This document shows positions 50,253 through 63,813 of a stretch of 64,000 nucleotides of DNA, piece after piece. The first letter of the stretch is position 1; every line of letters begins with the position of its first letter. The translations under genes were made by a program, and so were the position numbers. The DNA is from Phoronis australis. Lineage: Eukaryota > Animalia > Phoronida. The notes under the pieces are model-generated. The model saw only the letters and a list, made by a program, of their open reading frames with translations. It did not search any database and was not told where the DNA came from. The stretch covers positions 62,001 to 126,000 of the forward strand of contig NMRA01000632.1 of the NCBI GenBank assembly GCA_002633005.1, given 5' to 3'.

Positions 50253-51479
50253 TGAAAAGCGAGACGTTTACTTTTCAATCCGTGCGGTCAGTGTTAGCCT
50301 ACATCATAGAATTCTAGCCCTGGATTACCAACTCCCGCACGTGACCATTGCATTCTATTGTTAGAATTTGCGACCCCGAGACTAGCTGCGAGAGTTTGCA
50401 CTGTGTATTTCCGGCTGTCTGCTCGACTGAGTTTTGACCTAGTGTTGTAGTTATCAAATCAAGCCTAATTTCATTGCTTCATTTTGGTATTTGTTCACCA
50501 AGCGTGACTCTTGAGATACGGTTCTAGACAACCAGGGATTTCCCCACAAAATTGGTCAACAAAGTCGACAACATTAGTCAGTCTTTATACGCACCCACTC
50601 GTTTCCGTGGCCGGATACCAGAAATAGTCTGGCGTCTGATATCTTTTCATCTCCAGTCTTAGAACCACTTGCTATAGCCTATCAACTATCAAACTACATG
50701 CTACAAATTTTTCAACTAGAAATTTTGTGGGTTGAAATCAAGTTACTGTAGTTTACGGAAAGAAATGCCATTAGGTTTCTGAGTGTTGGTTCTGCAATTA
50801 TAAATAAAAAGTTTAGACCCTACTAACAGCTGTATTTACGTGATTTTCGAAAAACTACTCGTATTTGCGTAACTTAGTGTGTGTGCATGTGTGTTTGCAT
50901 AAATTATTACTGTTTTCAATTGTTTCTTTAATATTCTGGTTGTGTAATGTTTACCTGTTGCCCAGATATTAGTTGTTAATTCGACTTCTTAGCAGTGATT
51001 ACTATCTGTAATTATTACCTAGGCCCGTGAAAAAAAATTAAAAAACGAAAATTTTACTTTGTAAAAATCAATCCAGTACTTTGTGTTGCTGACAGCATAT
51101 ATTGTACTTGCCAATTGTCCCGCTCGTGGCGGACTTTCGTACTTTTTGAATTTTCCCGCCACCCCGCCACACCATCAAAATGTCCCGCTTTTTGACACAA
51201 GGCGACACTGACATATCATATGGTCTTGTAATTTCCCATGCGACATAGCACAATTTTTCTGCTCGACTAAAAACAAAAAACCTGACGTTTCATGGGTTTT
51301 GAGGCACCTGCAATTGCCCATTCGACTAAAAAAAAAAACGCCGTGTGGCGCTTTTGGGTGTAACGTCTCCTGTTCGGCAAAAAACGCTGTCGGGACATAT
51401 TTGTGTGTTTCGGTCAACATTTCACCCTTGTCCCGCGTTTTGTCCGAAAGTCCCACTTTGCAATCCCGTTATCCCGTTG

Positions 51480-51720
51480 TTTTATACACGAATGTTGACA
51501 ACAATGGAACAGGTATTCATTTGTCTCTTTGTCATGAATATTACTAGTTTCCATAGTCCATGACAATCTTAAAAACGTATTTCAATGTCTCTTGTGTACG
51601 CTAACACACATTGCATGCACCAGGATCTCTACTTTTTATTTTCTGAAGAAAAAAGTTTATTTACAAACTATTATGGAAAGTCCTACATTGCAACCTATGT
51701 AATTACCTATCCACAATAGG
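51480..51720 (-). mobile_element. L1/Tx1-like LINE ORF2 C-terminal (zf-RVT) relic
   Basis: Minus-strand RTFHNSL*INFFLQKIKSRDPGACNVC*RTQETLKYVF resembles H..L.TN..L.......C..C....ET..H.F. Confidence 0.55.
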
Positions 51721-53396
51721 CTACATTTCAAAACTACTCAATAGAAAACCTTTACCTGCAAATTTCGAATAGGAAGCTGGAGTAATTAGTTGATCTCATT
51801 TTTGTAAAGTTTTGCTAAAGAACTGAATGAAACGTCATCAAAGGTCCAATTAACATAAGACGATGTATAATTTTGGATGAATGCTTGACTAAATTCGTCA
51901 CGGCAACTGTGAGGGATCCATATTCTAAAATCTTTGTCCTGCTGGTTTAATTAGTCATTTATATGACCTCACTGGTTCATTTCCTGTTTATGTTACTATT
52001 ACGCCCTGTTATTTTTCGCATTTTGGTAACACTCTTGATTTCTAGAATTTAAAAAAGCCTGTTAGGCATGCTAAATGATGATTATTAATTAATTGAATTA
52101 TTCATCGTTTGCTTCTGCTATAACCATGCACCATAAAGAACTGATGAAGGACTTTCTAATGAAATGACTGATGCAATTCCGTTGAAAAACGGCAAAGTTG
52201 TAAAAAGTTTTAGTGACAGTAAATTCCATAACAACAACCAACACCGGAACAAACGAAAGCAAACAAATGGCGCGCTTGCGCAGCGCAACCTCACCAGCGT
52301 GAGATCGAAGTTGGCATTCCGAGACCGGAGTTCTATGCCTACACGTACTCGCATTTTGCACGCGACTTGAGCTGAATGGTAGCGCATGCTCACAACTCAG
52401 ACATGGCCGCTCGAATAAGGATGTAACATTTTAGCAACTGTTCTCGTCACTCCATGCCGGTAAAGTTGGATGTGAGAGCCTGAAAAATAAGTGGCAAGAA
52501 ATTTTGCTCACAGTGATTCATTAGTTTATCATTTGGGGTTTATTTGGAGACATGTTGCTTTAGCCTGGTTGCGAAATCACTGATCTCAGACTTGCAGGTA
52601 ATTGACATCGAGATCTCTTGTAAGACTGTAAATGTAGTTCATTCCTTTTTCTGCAACTACCCACTCGATCTTACTTCCTCGAAATCTTCCAATGCCTGTA
52701 ATTTATTCCCATCTCTCGACAGTCATCGGCAATTGGGTCATGTTTCGGTATACAAAGAAATTGAATAACAAACCATACGACGATAATGTATAATAATTGC
52801 AATCTAATCGAACATATGTATCGTGACGGGAAATAATCTTGATAGTCTGAAAATTCTTTTCCGTGTTTGCCTTTAAGAAGTTTTAATCATAAAGCCTGAT
52901 TCGGTAGACGCCGTCAACGTCGTTGAATCGGAAATTAAAACTCGGTTCAATTCAGAAAATCTGTTCCAGGCTACCTGTACGTCGTCACGTGACTGATTAA
53001 GTTGCGCAGACTTCACTCACATCTACAACACTGGTTTAATTACACAGTAATTTCTGTAAAAAACAACATACAACACAAAACGTGTGCTGAGTGAACATGT
53101 TCCCACTCTTAAGTATAATCCTTGATTTTTCCAAGAGAGTGGACACCGCTAATTGACGAAAGTTTGTTTACTGCGTAGCGCATACATGCGACTGAAGAAC
53201 AACGCGGGTCATGCAAAGTTGAACTGAGAAGTGCGACCACACGTTTCCTTCAATTGGTTTCAACCGCTTTCCTTTCCATCTCCTTCATTGTGAACTAATT
53301 CAGCGTCGAGTATTTGACTAACAATTATTATAACGATTGAAAACGAATGTTCTCATCTGGCAACTGTATTTATTTATCGTTGTTACTAAATTAATA

Positions 53397-53491
53397 ATAA
53401 GTATGCTAAGCATGGGTGCATACATGTAGTTAAAAGTCCTGTTTAATTATAAGTATGCTAAGCATGGGTGCATACATGTAGTTAAAAGTCC
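53397..53491. repeat. Local tandem duplication (~52-bp period)
   Basis: ataagtatgctaagcatgggtgcatacatgtagttaaaagtcc occurs twice. Confidence 0.9.
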
Positions 53492-54032
53492 AGTATAACA
53501 GCATGTTCTTATCAATATTGATCGTGTTCATTGACATCGTCATCATTAACACCGTCAGCGCCATCGTCGTCGTCCACATCACTATCATCTTCATCACCAT
53601 CATCATCACTACCTTGGTCATGAAAGCCAACTTCAGCTTCGTCGTCACGGTTGTCATTATCATCATAGGTACACGTTTCTCAGCTCGCATCATTTAATTC
53701 CCATAAAAGTGGCACTCACCCAAAAACTTGTTTTTCACAATGGTTCGTTATGTCGCTGTGACATTGAATTGAATGGCACTGAGTCGCTAATAATAAACGG
53801 CACTGAGATGCCAGTTTTTTAAATTCCGAAGGCTGGCACAACATCAAAGAAAAGTCATGCGTATTTTTCAATTTCAGGTTCCTCGTCTCTGGCCGACCAA
53901 AAAGAGTGACGAGTCCTGTTAGTGGTAGTAATTTAAGTCTGGAATACAACCAGTCTAGTTTGTCGCCTCTCCGGTAGGTGATATGCGTCTCATTTTCAAC
54001 CTCCTGAGACTCATAGGTTAGCAGACACAAGC

Positions 54033-54182
54033 ATGGAAATGTTCGCTATGATAAAACAATCTCTTCAAGCTGACGGAAGTAACCCAATACTTAGCAAATT
54101 TGAACTGGGAAACCAAGTGGCAAGCAGTGGACCAGAAATGGTTTGGAAGATATACAATGCCGTCAGGAAAAACGACTTGAAG
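54033..54182 (+). CDS. SCYL2: First coding exon of a SCY1-like protein 2 (SCYL2-family pseudokinase) gene
   Basis: MEMFAMIKQSLQADGSNPILSKFELGNQVASSGPEMVWKIYNAVRKNDLK, Kozak-like agcATGg, donor gtaagg at 54183 and upstream acceptor catag at 54012-54016. Matches the SCYL2 N-terminal pattern NP....F..G...AS.GP...WKI....K. Confidence 0.82.
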
Positions 54183-57100
54183 GTAAGGCAAAACTGAACA
54201 ACCTCTTCTGTAGCACCTGCATGCTGGAAATGTGTTGAGATATTGAAGACTCCGAGTTCAAGTGATAGAAGCGTGTTGGCTTTACGACAGCCTTGTGAAA
54301 ATATTAGTTAATGAAATGTGACGCGTGCTAATGCAAGCGCGCATACACTTGGCGGCAATCATGTTGTCGGCTTCCATTTGTTCAAGGAAAAAAATTCCGG
54401 CATCATGCAACAATAAACAACCTTTGCACGTCCACAAAAGTTATTCCAGATGCCCCGGATTGGATTTTCTGAAAAATCAAAGCCTAATCTTGGTTTGTTA
54501 TCGGCGTAACACAATAAAAGAAAAAATATCAGGTTCATGCTTTCCAAAAGTTTTAAGAGGCTAACAGTAAGTATGTTACTGTGGATTTCATACAGTTCAC
54601 TTCCATTTTCAACACCGCCCTAGGAACTGTAAATCACCCAATACGATAATTTACTCAAAAATAGATCGAGAGAAACTGTAGCTGCGGGGTCTCGGAAGAA
54701 AATTGGGAAATTATCATTGAAGTTTAGGTTTTAGGATTTGAATAAACATACCAATTTAAAGCTTCTGAGTCATGTAGGTTCCATTTCCTTCCCGGTAGGA
54801 TAGACAGACTGGGAAAATAATCCATTTGGACAAGGCTATCGACAAGTGGTATAAAGTGACAAAGTTTTGTGTTGTCGATTTCTTTGTACCCAATTAACTG
54901 TTCCATTTTTCGTGAAACAAATGTAAGAAGACGGATGTAAGACAGGTGACTAATTGCCCAAACCGTGAGAAATGTACACAGAGTCATCAATTCCATCACT
55001 CGAAAATGACGTCAGACATGTATTCTAGAATGCCTTGTTAGGTCAAATGTAATAAGTTCTGGTCTGTGTTTTTTTAATTGCTGCGATGTTGCGGGGGATT
55101 TTTGGTATTAAAGTACTGAGTAGTAACTTTCAGTCACTGAGTCGGTGACTTTCCGCAGACCAGATTTCTTGCAGGAAATGTAAGATCGCACTTGACCTCG
55201 TAAAATAACGCGAGTGAAAAACGAGAGTTTGGCGAGAATGCCCTGGAGCTAACTGGCCTATAATAGTAAAAATAGCGGACACTAAAATGATTGATCGGTG
55301 AGGTTGAACTGTTACATTATGGACTGAATTAAAAATTAAAAAATCCGCGATTGAAAACGCAAACAGTAAGGGGATAGTATAGTGAACTCTAGTCTATGAG
55401 CTGTATGGCGGCAATCGGAAGTTATCATAGACTCATGTGCGTGACGCAGTACTTTTTCAAATCTATGGGTCACAAAAATTCAGCTATTCAAGGCCTGCGG
55501 AGCTAATTAAAGTATTCGTGATGTCCTGACAGCCGGGCTCCGGTAGTAGTTGATACGTATGCGTCAGGTTGAATGAAAATTCTTCCTTTTACTTTAAGCT
55601 CATTAACATATATTATACTATTTATCAGCGTTCCAAGTTTTCTTTTTGAAGTTATTTCGCCACCAGTTGGTATTCTGTAAGAAATGAGGCCGTCACCCAT
55701 CGTTGGTATTCGGCCGCCTAACCAAAATCGACGGAGATCACGGTATATTAGTTTTTCCCTGTCGAAATTTATTTTCAATATTTTCGCAAGATTTCAGAAT
55801 GCTCTTATTGGATAACAATTTTACTTAATTATTCTGATATTGCATTTCGTTGTTTGCCTGAGTTCACTACTCGCTGTAAAACACACTTAGCCCAGTCGAA
55901 TGGACGTCCTTGCTCTTCAATCGCTCCTTAATGAATCTCACTTCCTACTTACTCTAGGTACTAATGGCTTCGTTATAACATGTTCTAACCATGTAATAAG
56001 GGTCCAAACATGTGCTACTAGGTCTTAATAATTGTAGTCCAGCTAGGAGACCTTCTTTTAGGTTTATGATCAAACATTACTTACGTAATCTAATGAAGCT
56101 ATCGATAAATAAATAATATGTAAACAATGCCAAATGATACAAAATAATTTCTGAAATATGTGTTAAAGAAAACAAAATGATATTGTGTTAACGACCAGGA
56201 AGTGGGATGACACAGCTCTGGGGGTATTAGGAAGACAAATGCTTCTACGAAGCAATTGGGAAAATGAAAAATTGGATCTTATTGTGGAATCGGGTGAAAC
56301 TTGGAGAATGTTTACAGAAAAGTATTTCGTGGCCTATTGTGTTGAAATACTTTGAAAGATCTAAAAAACTTACGAGGGATTTATCTCGTTATCATAATGG
56401 GAAGATATACGGTCCTAAATTTCAAGCGAAGCAAGTTCTTTTCGGGGGAAATTATTTGAAGCCATATTGATGCTCATAAGGAATGTCATCGTTCCTCAGG
56501 AAATTTGACAGTTGCTTCTGGATAATTTTCGATAGTTTTGGATATGGTGGGAAGTATATAAGCAAGATTGACTACCTGGAATCAACCTCAAGTTACCGCG
56601 AAGCTTAACTTAAGATTACTGTAAAACGTTCTTCATTAGAATTACACGATTGTTGCAAATGACTAACTCGAAGCAACGCTATAACGTCAAATAGCAGTAC
56701 TTCTTTATATTTTGAGATTTCCAATGAGTCAAATCCGCATTTAGGTAGCACATCAGTCTATAAATTACAAAAAAAAAACTTGAAAATGAAATTAAATGCA
56801 TTATTTCCGAACCAAAACATATTTACGAACGTCTTGATATTTTTCCTCCAGGTGTCACTGAAAGGACACCTGTAATCAAATCAATGTAATTCGTTTGACT
56901 GTCACACTCGTTGATGCCTGTCTTTTTAAACAAAAAATGTAATGATGTAATAACATTGAGAAATTAAGTATTACTATGTATGATCGAGTTAGATATGAAC
57001 AGAATTCACATTTGTAAAAAGATAAACAGTATGTAAATTATTTTAGACCAACCTTAACAGAAAATTTTGGTGAAAATAGTCCGTGAAATGGATAATACTA

Positions 57101-57449
57101 AAGCTGTTGATAACGTAGCAGGCTGCTAAATTCTAGTAGGTGATGCAATCAATGTTGATAAAAAAACTTGTCAGGTGTCATAGCTGGCATGATTGTGACG
57201 TTGTCCATTCACATGCGGGATGCTATACAGAGCCATGAGCTGTATTGGCAATAATAACAGTTGCATACACGCTTTTAATAATAAAAGGCTAATTCACTCA
57301 ATGTCAATTCATATAAAGTCGTCAAGAAAACCCAATTAATCCCTGCGTGTACCATACACACGCTGAGATGGCTTCGATTGAGATGATTTAAGTGTATTGC
57401 AAAGAAGACGTGAATTTAAGAAAACTTCAAGATGACGTGGCTTCTAGCT

Positions 57450-57700
57450 AATCACCCTATGTCTACAATCGTCCGGGTGATTTGAGTCCAAGTCGTGTTG
57501 CTTAAAGTCAGGGATTACTTTTGCTATCTTGAGAGCATCTGGAAAAATGCTGGTACATATATGTATGTATTGATTTGTGAAGGTCGTCAGCGCTTTAATT
57601 GTAAAAAGATTCCTTCGTTTGATAAGTTTTGACAATACGCTATCATGACCAGCAGTGCTTTGTTTTGTATTCATGTTCCTGAAAATATCTTGGGCATGCT
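57450..57700 (-). mobile_element. CR1/L2-like LINE fragment just upstream of the RT domain
   Basis: AGHDSV...IFPDALKIAKVIPDFK resembles G.D....FP..LK.AKV.P..K. Confidence 0.65.
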
Positions 57701-58819
57701 TATGATTAATGTTTTTGATAGAGAACGTAGATGGGTTTGGAGCTTGGATTCTCTAAATTTTTGATGTTAGTTATAGTTATTGATTCGGAAAGGGAAGGGC
57801 AAACTTGGGTATAGCAGCTGTTGAATAAATTTCTATTTTTGTTCACAAAGCTTTTTTAAATGTAAGAGGCTACTATACACTATTATGTAATCAATGACTT
57901 ATGAGCCAATGAGTCACTTTAATAAACTAATGTACTACACGGGAAACTGGATCGCAAGCTCATCGCATAGATATCGGTAGCTAGGCGTATCCATTGTTCA
58001 CTTTGTTTTTTCTTATTTATAATAACGATAATGACAAGCATTTAACGGTAACCGGCATATGGGCGGCCAAGGTACGATATTCATGCGACCTGTATTGTTG
58101 TGTCCAACAAAGACGCAACAAAAAAACAATGGTACCGTACCATAAGCGATAATCATGCGAAGCGCTAATGCGTCGTATGAATCTCGCAAGTTAAACAATA
58201 GCTTGCGACCTCCTTACGACGTCACGAACGAACGTTCGAGATAGAGTTTCTTTATTACAACTAGGGCAGAACACAATCAAAGGCTATTGACATTACAATG
58301 CCTGATAGACTGATATTCATTCACACAGAATTATCACGTAGCACCTGTCCACATACGCAAAAGGACACTTAACCCTGTTTGATGATTTCAATCAATTCTC
58401 GTCCAGCTAATGCATCATTGGCGTCAACCTTTCAAGTTAAAGACAAGAATCAACTAAAAACTCATGCTCCCTATGTCACAGATTGGACATGGGGTGTGTG
58501 GTCTTTTTCCAGGGTTGCCATGTAATTCGCTAAAAGCCTAGATCACGCTTGCCGCTTGAGCAGACTTTTGAGGGTTGTCAAGTGTTACAGAGCATTGTAT
58601 CGTTTCACAGAACTGGATGCGAAAATCGTTCTTAGCACCTGGTAATAAGCCAAAAGCGGGTTTTATATCTTTTGAATAACCTTTCCCTATTCGCTGCTGA
58701 TGAGCACAACATCATCCCCAATCAAACATTATGCATGTTCAAAAGGTCAATGTTGCAGTTGACTGTAATGTGCAGGGTGGTCAGTTTTCCAACTATGAAA
58801 TTATCTCAGTAAAAATCAA

Positions 58820-59050
58820 AAACAAAATTAACGAGTTTCACCCATTTTTTAAACACTATTCCTTTTAATAGCCAGTCAGTCACTGAATACGAAAGAGGAA
58901 TTTGGAAGTAATTTCCATACACAAACATCGACATCGAAACAGTTTCTTTACAACTATCGACAATATTTTGCCTAACCAAGCTTTTCCAAAATATTTGAAC
59001 GAATTGCATTTGACCACACGTCCAAAAACTTTCATAGAAATAATCTTACA
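58820..59050 (-). mobile_element. L1/Tx1-like ORF2 C-terminal relic
   Basis: FWTC...VQIFW motif in a degraded frame. Confidence 0.4.
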
Positions 59051-59741
59051 TTTTCATCTCGAAGTGACTACGGCGAAATGAGTAGTGAATATACTCTTAC
59101 AAATATTTTAACAATGACTGAGCCCTCTATACGGTTTTCGTAAAACATCCAATGCAATTAACCATTTGACCTCAGTGCTTATAATCAATCATACGTTCTG
59201 ATTTAAAAGTAAAAAATATATGACTTCCTTAAGAAGGAATTCAGATCACAAGTTACTTACACAGTTAAAAGTAGTACGTATGGTTTTCGAAAATGGAAGC
59301 TAACTTTTCAGTGTCGTTGTATTCCTACGCGTATAGGCCAAAAATAAAGAAACTAAGACTCGGCGAAAAACTGGGGGTTATATCGTAAGCATGTGGTATA
59401 AATATGTTAAAATACACGTGTCACGTATAGTTTAACATATATTTACATGCGTCCCCAACACACACACGCGCGCGCACTTACACACATATATATTTGTGTC
59501 GCATGATGTCATCCAGTCCGGCCTCCGTGTGCACCGATGACCGCTCCATCTCTCGAATCTTTATAATACTTGGCGTAAGGGAGAAAGGTATCATTGCGAC
59601 GGCGCATGCCACTTTTCAATCTGCCCTGCTCCCCAGGGATATGATGGTTTTTGTATTTTCGGTGTTTATGGAGGACGAGCGCTTCCGGGTGATATCTAGA
59701 GAACAACTAACAGATTTAAATGAAACTTGACACAACGGTTT

Positions 59742-59897
59742 CAGTGCTGTAGTGGTAAAGTTAAAGGTAAGTAGGCGCCCAAAGCCCACCGTCTCATTTT
59801 GAGCACTGAACGTAACTTACAGAGCGTAGTCGCTGCCTTCAAATGCCAAAAGGTAGTTGGCTGCGCCTACGTGCGCCTACGCCCCACTGCAGCACTA
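59742..59897. mobile_element. hAT-type MITE nested in a HINE-like element
   Basis: TIR cagtgctgtagtgg / ccactgcagcacta; 8-bp TSD aacggttt / aacggtat. Confidence 0.75.
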
Positions 59898-61513
59898 AAC
59901 GGTATGAAACGGCGTTGCGCCGGCACCGGTTGACTAGTGTTTGGGCAATTTCGACCTCTACAGTATCCTCTAGTGGCCATTTTCTCCAGTTGTCTTGAAT
60001 TAGTGTGACCAATTTCTATTCAAACAAAGGATAATACGCAATGACCCTGCTTTGGACTAGCACAAACATGGTTGTGGAGAAACTTGGTATTTTAGCACCA
60101 AAATATATATGGTTCATAGGAGCTTCAACGGTTAGTTTCTGAGAGAATACGATTTCAAAGCAGCTTTTTACCGCTTTTCTAATTGCATTGAACGTTACAG
60201 AAACACTCTCTGTCCTTAAAACATGCCATAAGATTCATCTGATAAATGACCAAGTGAAAGACTTTATTTACCAGACTGTTTTAGTGCATACTGGCTAATT
60301 ACTTTGGCGACACTCGCATTTTGTATCTATGTTACAGTTATTTTACGGTTTTTGTCGATACCTTGGTTTTGAGCGACTTGTGTTTTATGTAAGAAATTGC
60401 ATTTCTTACATTAGAAATATTCTTATTTCATATTACTTGTTTTGGGTGGCTACTGTTACATGTGTAATTTCTTGCGCGTACCCTGGGGGCCCAGGTTGGC
60501 TCGAACGAGCCTCCCCATTTGACAAAGTGGGCAAAAAGTTGGAAAACGGGGGATGCGCCGCAACACCTTATTCCGGCATTTTGAATAACATTGGCTTAAT
60601 CAACCCCTGTGTACATCTCGTACAACGTTTACATGCCGTCCGACCAAAAGGCATGCGCCGTATCTCCAGAATTACTTCACCTGTAAACGTCCGTGAGACG
60701 TCTGATCTGCCTATACTTGTCCGTCGGCATCGGATATTGAGAATAACGTCTGGTATGACTTTTGAGACCCGTGAAGTTGAAGTCATGGTTTTAGCAGCCT
60801 CTTGAGTAAGTCCTTTTGTTGTTATCAGTAATGTAGTTCACACTACCCCTCCAAAGGGAATTTGATGCATCGAAAGTATCCGAGGTCCATTAGACTGTGT
60901 TCCATAGAAGCCAGAGTCTCTTGAAGGAGGCTGCCGTGATCCCTTGTTTCACTTGAAATGCATGGCAATATCTCTCGAAGTTTTGCGGGATCTTGCGTCT
61001 CGCGAAGATCTTGCGTCTACGGAATATAATGCACAGTGTACGCCTGTATGCCTTATTACAGCGAGGTTACGCACCAATGAAATTATCTTCGACAAGGCTT
61101 ATATCGTTCGCATAAGGTGAACGTACCTCATAGGAATTTTTTTCACATTTTGTGCATGATGTACATTTCCTCAGCTTATTGCTCATTTTATGTAAATCTA
61201 GCCCTGGCTAGAGTTTTACATTCATAACAGGTTACAAGCTGGACTTGAAAGCAAAAACCTGTGTGGACATGTAACTTCAGTGTAACGAACTAAATTTTGA
61301 TTTTCTTATACGTCATAGCACTGCTTAGAGGCTAAGAAAAAAGAATCATTAGTTTGGGATACTTTTAAACAATTTGAACGGATACCCATGTAACAAATTA
61401 AGTATAACATAGTTGGTCATTTCTTTTACTGTTTGATTTGTTTCTCTCATAAGCACGAGTTTTCAATATAGTGTATGTTAAAATTTCAATTGGACTCATT
61501 TGTGTGATAATAA

Positions 61514-63813
61514 CAGATGTCCCAAAAAGTGAGTTAATTTTTGGCATGTAATTTCTCAGCAATTGACCAACTGAATTCGTTCAAAATTTTCACAATGTAT
61601 CTTCTGTCATCAACAAGTCTTCAAAGTATCTCAGAGAAATACAAAAAAATTGGAAGTGCTGTGAAATTCATAACAGCGGGGTGAAAAATGCAATATCACT
61701 GTGACTTTCATCGTGTTCAAGATGTACTGGCATCTGTCATTTAAAAATTGCCTGCCTGGATCTCAAGTCTACTTTTTTATAGTCATGTCTGTATCCAAAT
61801 CAGTTCTGTCCAACATTCCGGTTTGTAAGGATGCCTTTGAGTGAAAGTACTAAATTTACAATTGAAACCTGTTTCAAGAAGAAAGGTTGGAACGGAAGAA
61901 GAACCGCAAGCGAATTCTCAGGAAAAGTATGGAGTCATGCAACAGTAAATATACTTATTGCTAAAACAACACAGGGTCTGTTGTGCGTAAAGGTGGCAGT
62001 GGGAGACCTAAGACTGCATGTTCGAAAGAAAACGAGGATCGTGCTGAGGAACTGATTAAATCTCAGGAGGACAACCCGAGGAATCACAAATCTCTGAGAG
62101 AAGTCGCAAGGGATTTACCAGTGAGCAAGTCTTCTGTGCAAAGAATGGCGAAATCAACTGGATTTAAAACCCTTCAAAAGAATGTGGGTGTTAGGTATGT
62201 TAGGTATTCCCGCTAAGGGACAGTTTTGAGTTTGATCGAGGAGTTCTAGTTGGTCGCCGATGGTGAGCAGACGTGTGTCATGATTTATCTGAACACTGAG
62301 GCTGGACTAAATGCTGAGCGTTATTTGTTTATGTGGTGAGCCTTTGCTACGGTACGGACAGCAGCGTCTTGTGTATGGAACTGTGTTATTTTGGTGGTCT
62401 AGTGGAGTCAATGCCAATGGAACGCGTGATGAAGATTAAAGATGCCGAAAGTTTTTAAGTTTTGGACTGTTGGTGCTGACGTTCGACCTTGTCTTCTTCC
62501 CAAGTTTCGTGTAACTTGCTATCATGTTTTTAAATATGTAAATAGATATTAATTTAGAAAGTGACTTAACTTCATTTTTGATTTAAGTCTAAGATTTGTC
62601 TTAACTTCCAAACTTTGAAACTTCCACCTCCAGTAAGTTAGTCAAACTTAAGACAAACCTTACGTCAAACACTTAAGTCAAGCTTAACATCTCTTTCTTG
62701 AAATGTTTTGGGGGTATATTTAACCTTTATTTTAAAATTTACTAAAATTTAAGATTTGTCTTAGTTAAGTAAGTTTTGTTGGAACAGATCCCAGGATAAC
62801 TGAAAAGTGGTTCTTTTTGTCTTTGTTTTCGTAACAGTGGGTATCATAATGTTCGAAGGAACACAAAAGCTCGATGCCGCTACTTGCATGACTGCTATTC
62901 AGACACTGACGTAAAAAGAATCATTTTCACTGATGAAAAAGACTTTACACTAGAAATCACTAAAAATCGCCAAAACTATCGTGTTTATGGGAAACAAAAA
63001 CGAGAAATTCAACCTTCTCGACTCTATCATGAGACTTCCAGATTTTCCAAAAAGTAATGGTTTCCGCTGGAGTATCTTGGGAAGGAAAAACATTCATTTT
63101 ATTGTCACTGGCTGTTCAAAGTTGATTAAACACACGACACTTTTCGTTATGAACAGTCTTTATTCCGTTCCGTTCGTATGCTCGGAATAAAACTCCACAC
63201 CCAACGGAACAGTGGTGAAGGAACTGACCAAGAGGCATGATTAAAAGGTACACTGAGAAAGCCAAACTTAATAGTCAGGGCTACATGCAGTTAATGGATG
63301 ATAATCTTCTCCCGGATTGCAGACGACTTTATCCTGGAAACAATTACTTGTTTCAGCAGTATGGGGGTCCTTCACACACGACCAATATAACTCAGGCTTC
63401 ATCTGGAGGGAGCCACACCAAAATTCATCAAAAAGCATGAGTGGCCCCCGCTCAGTCCTGACTGCAATCCACTGGACTATGCCATATGAGACTCCCTGAT
63501 GGAGAAATTTTACTGGGGAATGAGAGGCAAACTGACTGAGCAGTAGTTGAAAGACGGGGTAATTATGTCATGGGAGAAAATTGTGATGGAAGAAATACGG
63601 AAAAGCATATCTGGTTGGAAGAAACGGCTCCGTTTAGTAGTGGAGGAAGATGAAGGCCACGTTGAGCGTAGACTGATGTTTTAATTTGACAATACTCGCC
63701 CAATTGGATTGTTGATGATATCCTGAGGTTTATCAGTAAGAAATTTGAAAAAGTGGTTTATCCGTTGCTGAGAAATTACTTGTCAAAAAGTGACTCTCTT
63801 TTTGGGACAACTG
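61514..63813 (+). mobile_element. Decayed Tc1/mariner element (maT/DD37D-like) with nested insertions
   Basis: TIRs cagatgtcccaaaaagtgagttaatttttggcatgtaatttctcagcaa / ttgctgagaaattacttgtcaaaaagtgactctctttttgggacaactg enclose transposase fragments. Confidence 0.9.
61831..63684 (+). pseudogene. Tc1/mariner transposase pseudogene
   Basis: GSGRP, HTH (SLREVARDLPVSKSSVQR), IIFTDEKDF, VMVSAGVS, FQQ(D>Y)GGPSH and WPPLSPDCNPLDY; frameshifts, stops and insertions at ~62190-62850 and 63111-63250. Confidence 0.88.

Noticed and set aside
56845-56875. Possible second SCYL2-like exon after the acceptor-like ttttcctccag
   Set aside because: The required phase-0 frame reads VSLKGHL then stops, with no similarity to the expected ExSVFxFxK segment.
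60329-60960. 158-aa ORF or possible Gypsy integrase fragment
   Set aside because: No convincing motif in any frame; only a weak H...C..C impression with multiple stops.
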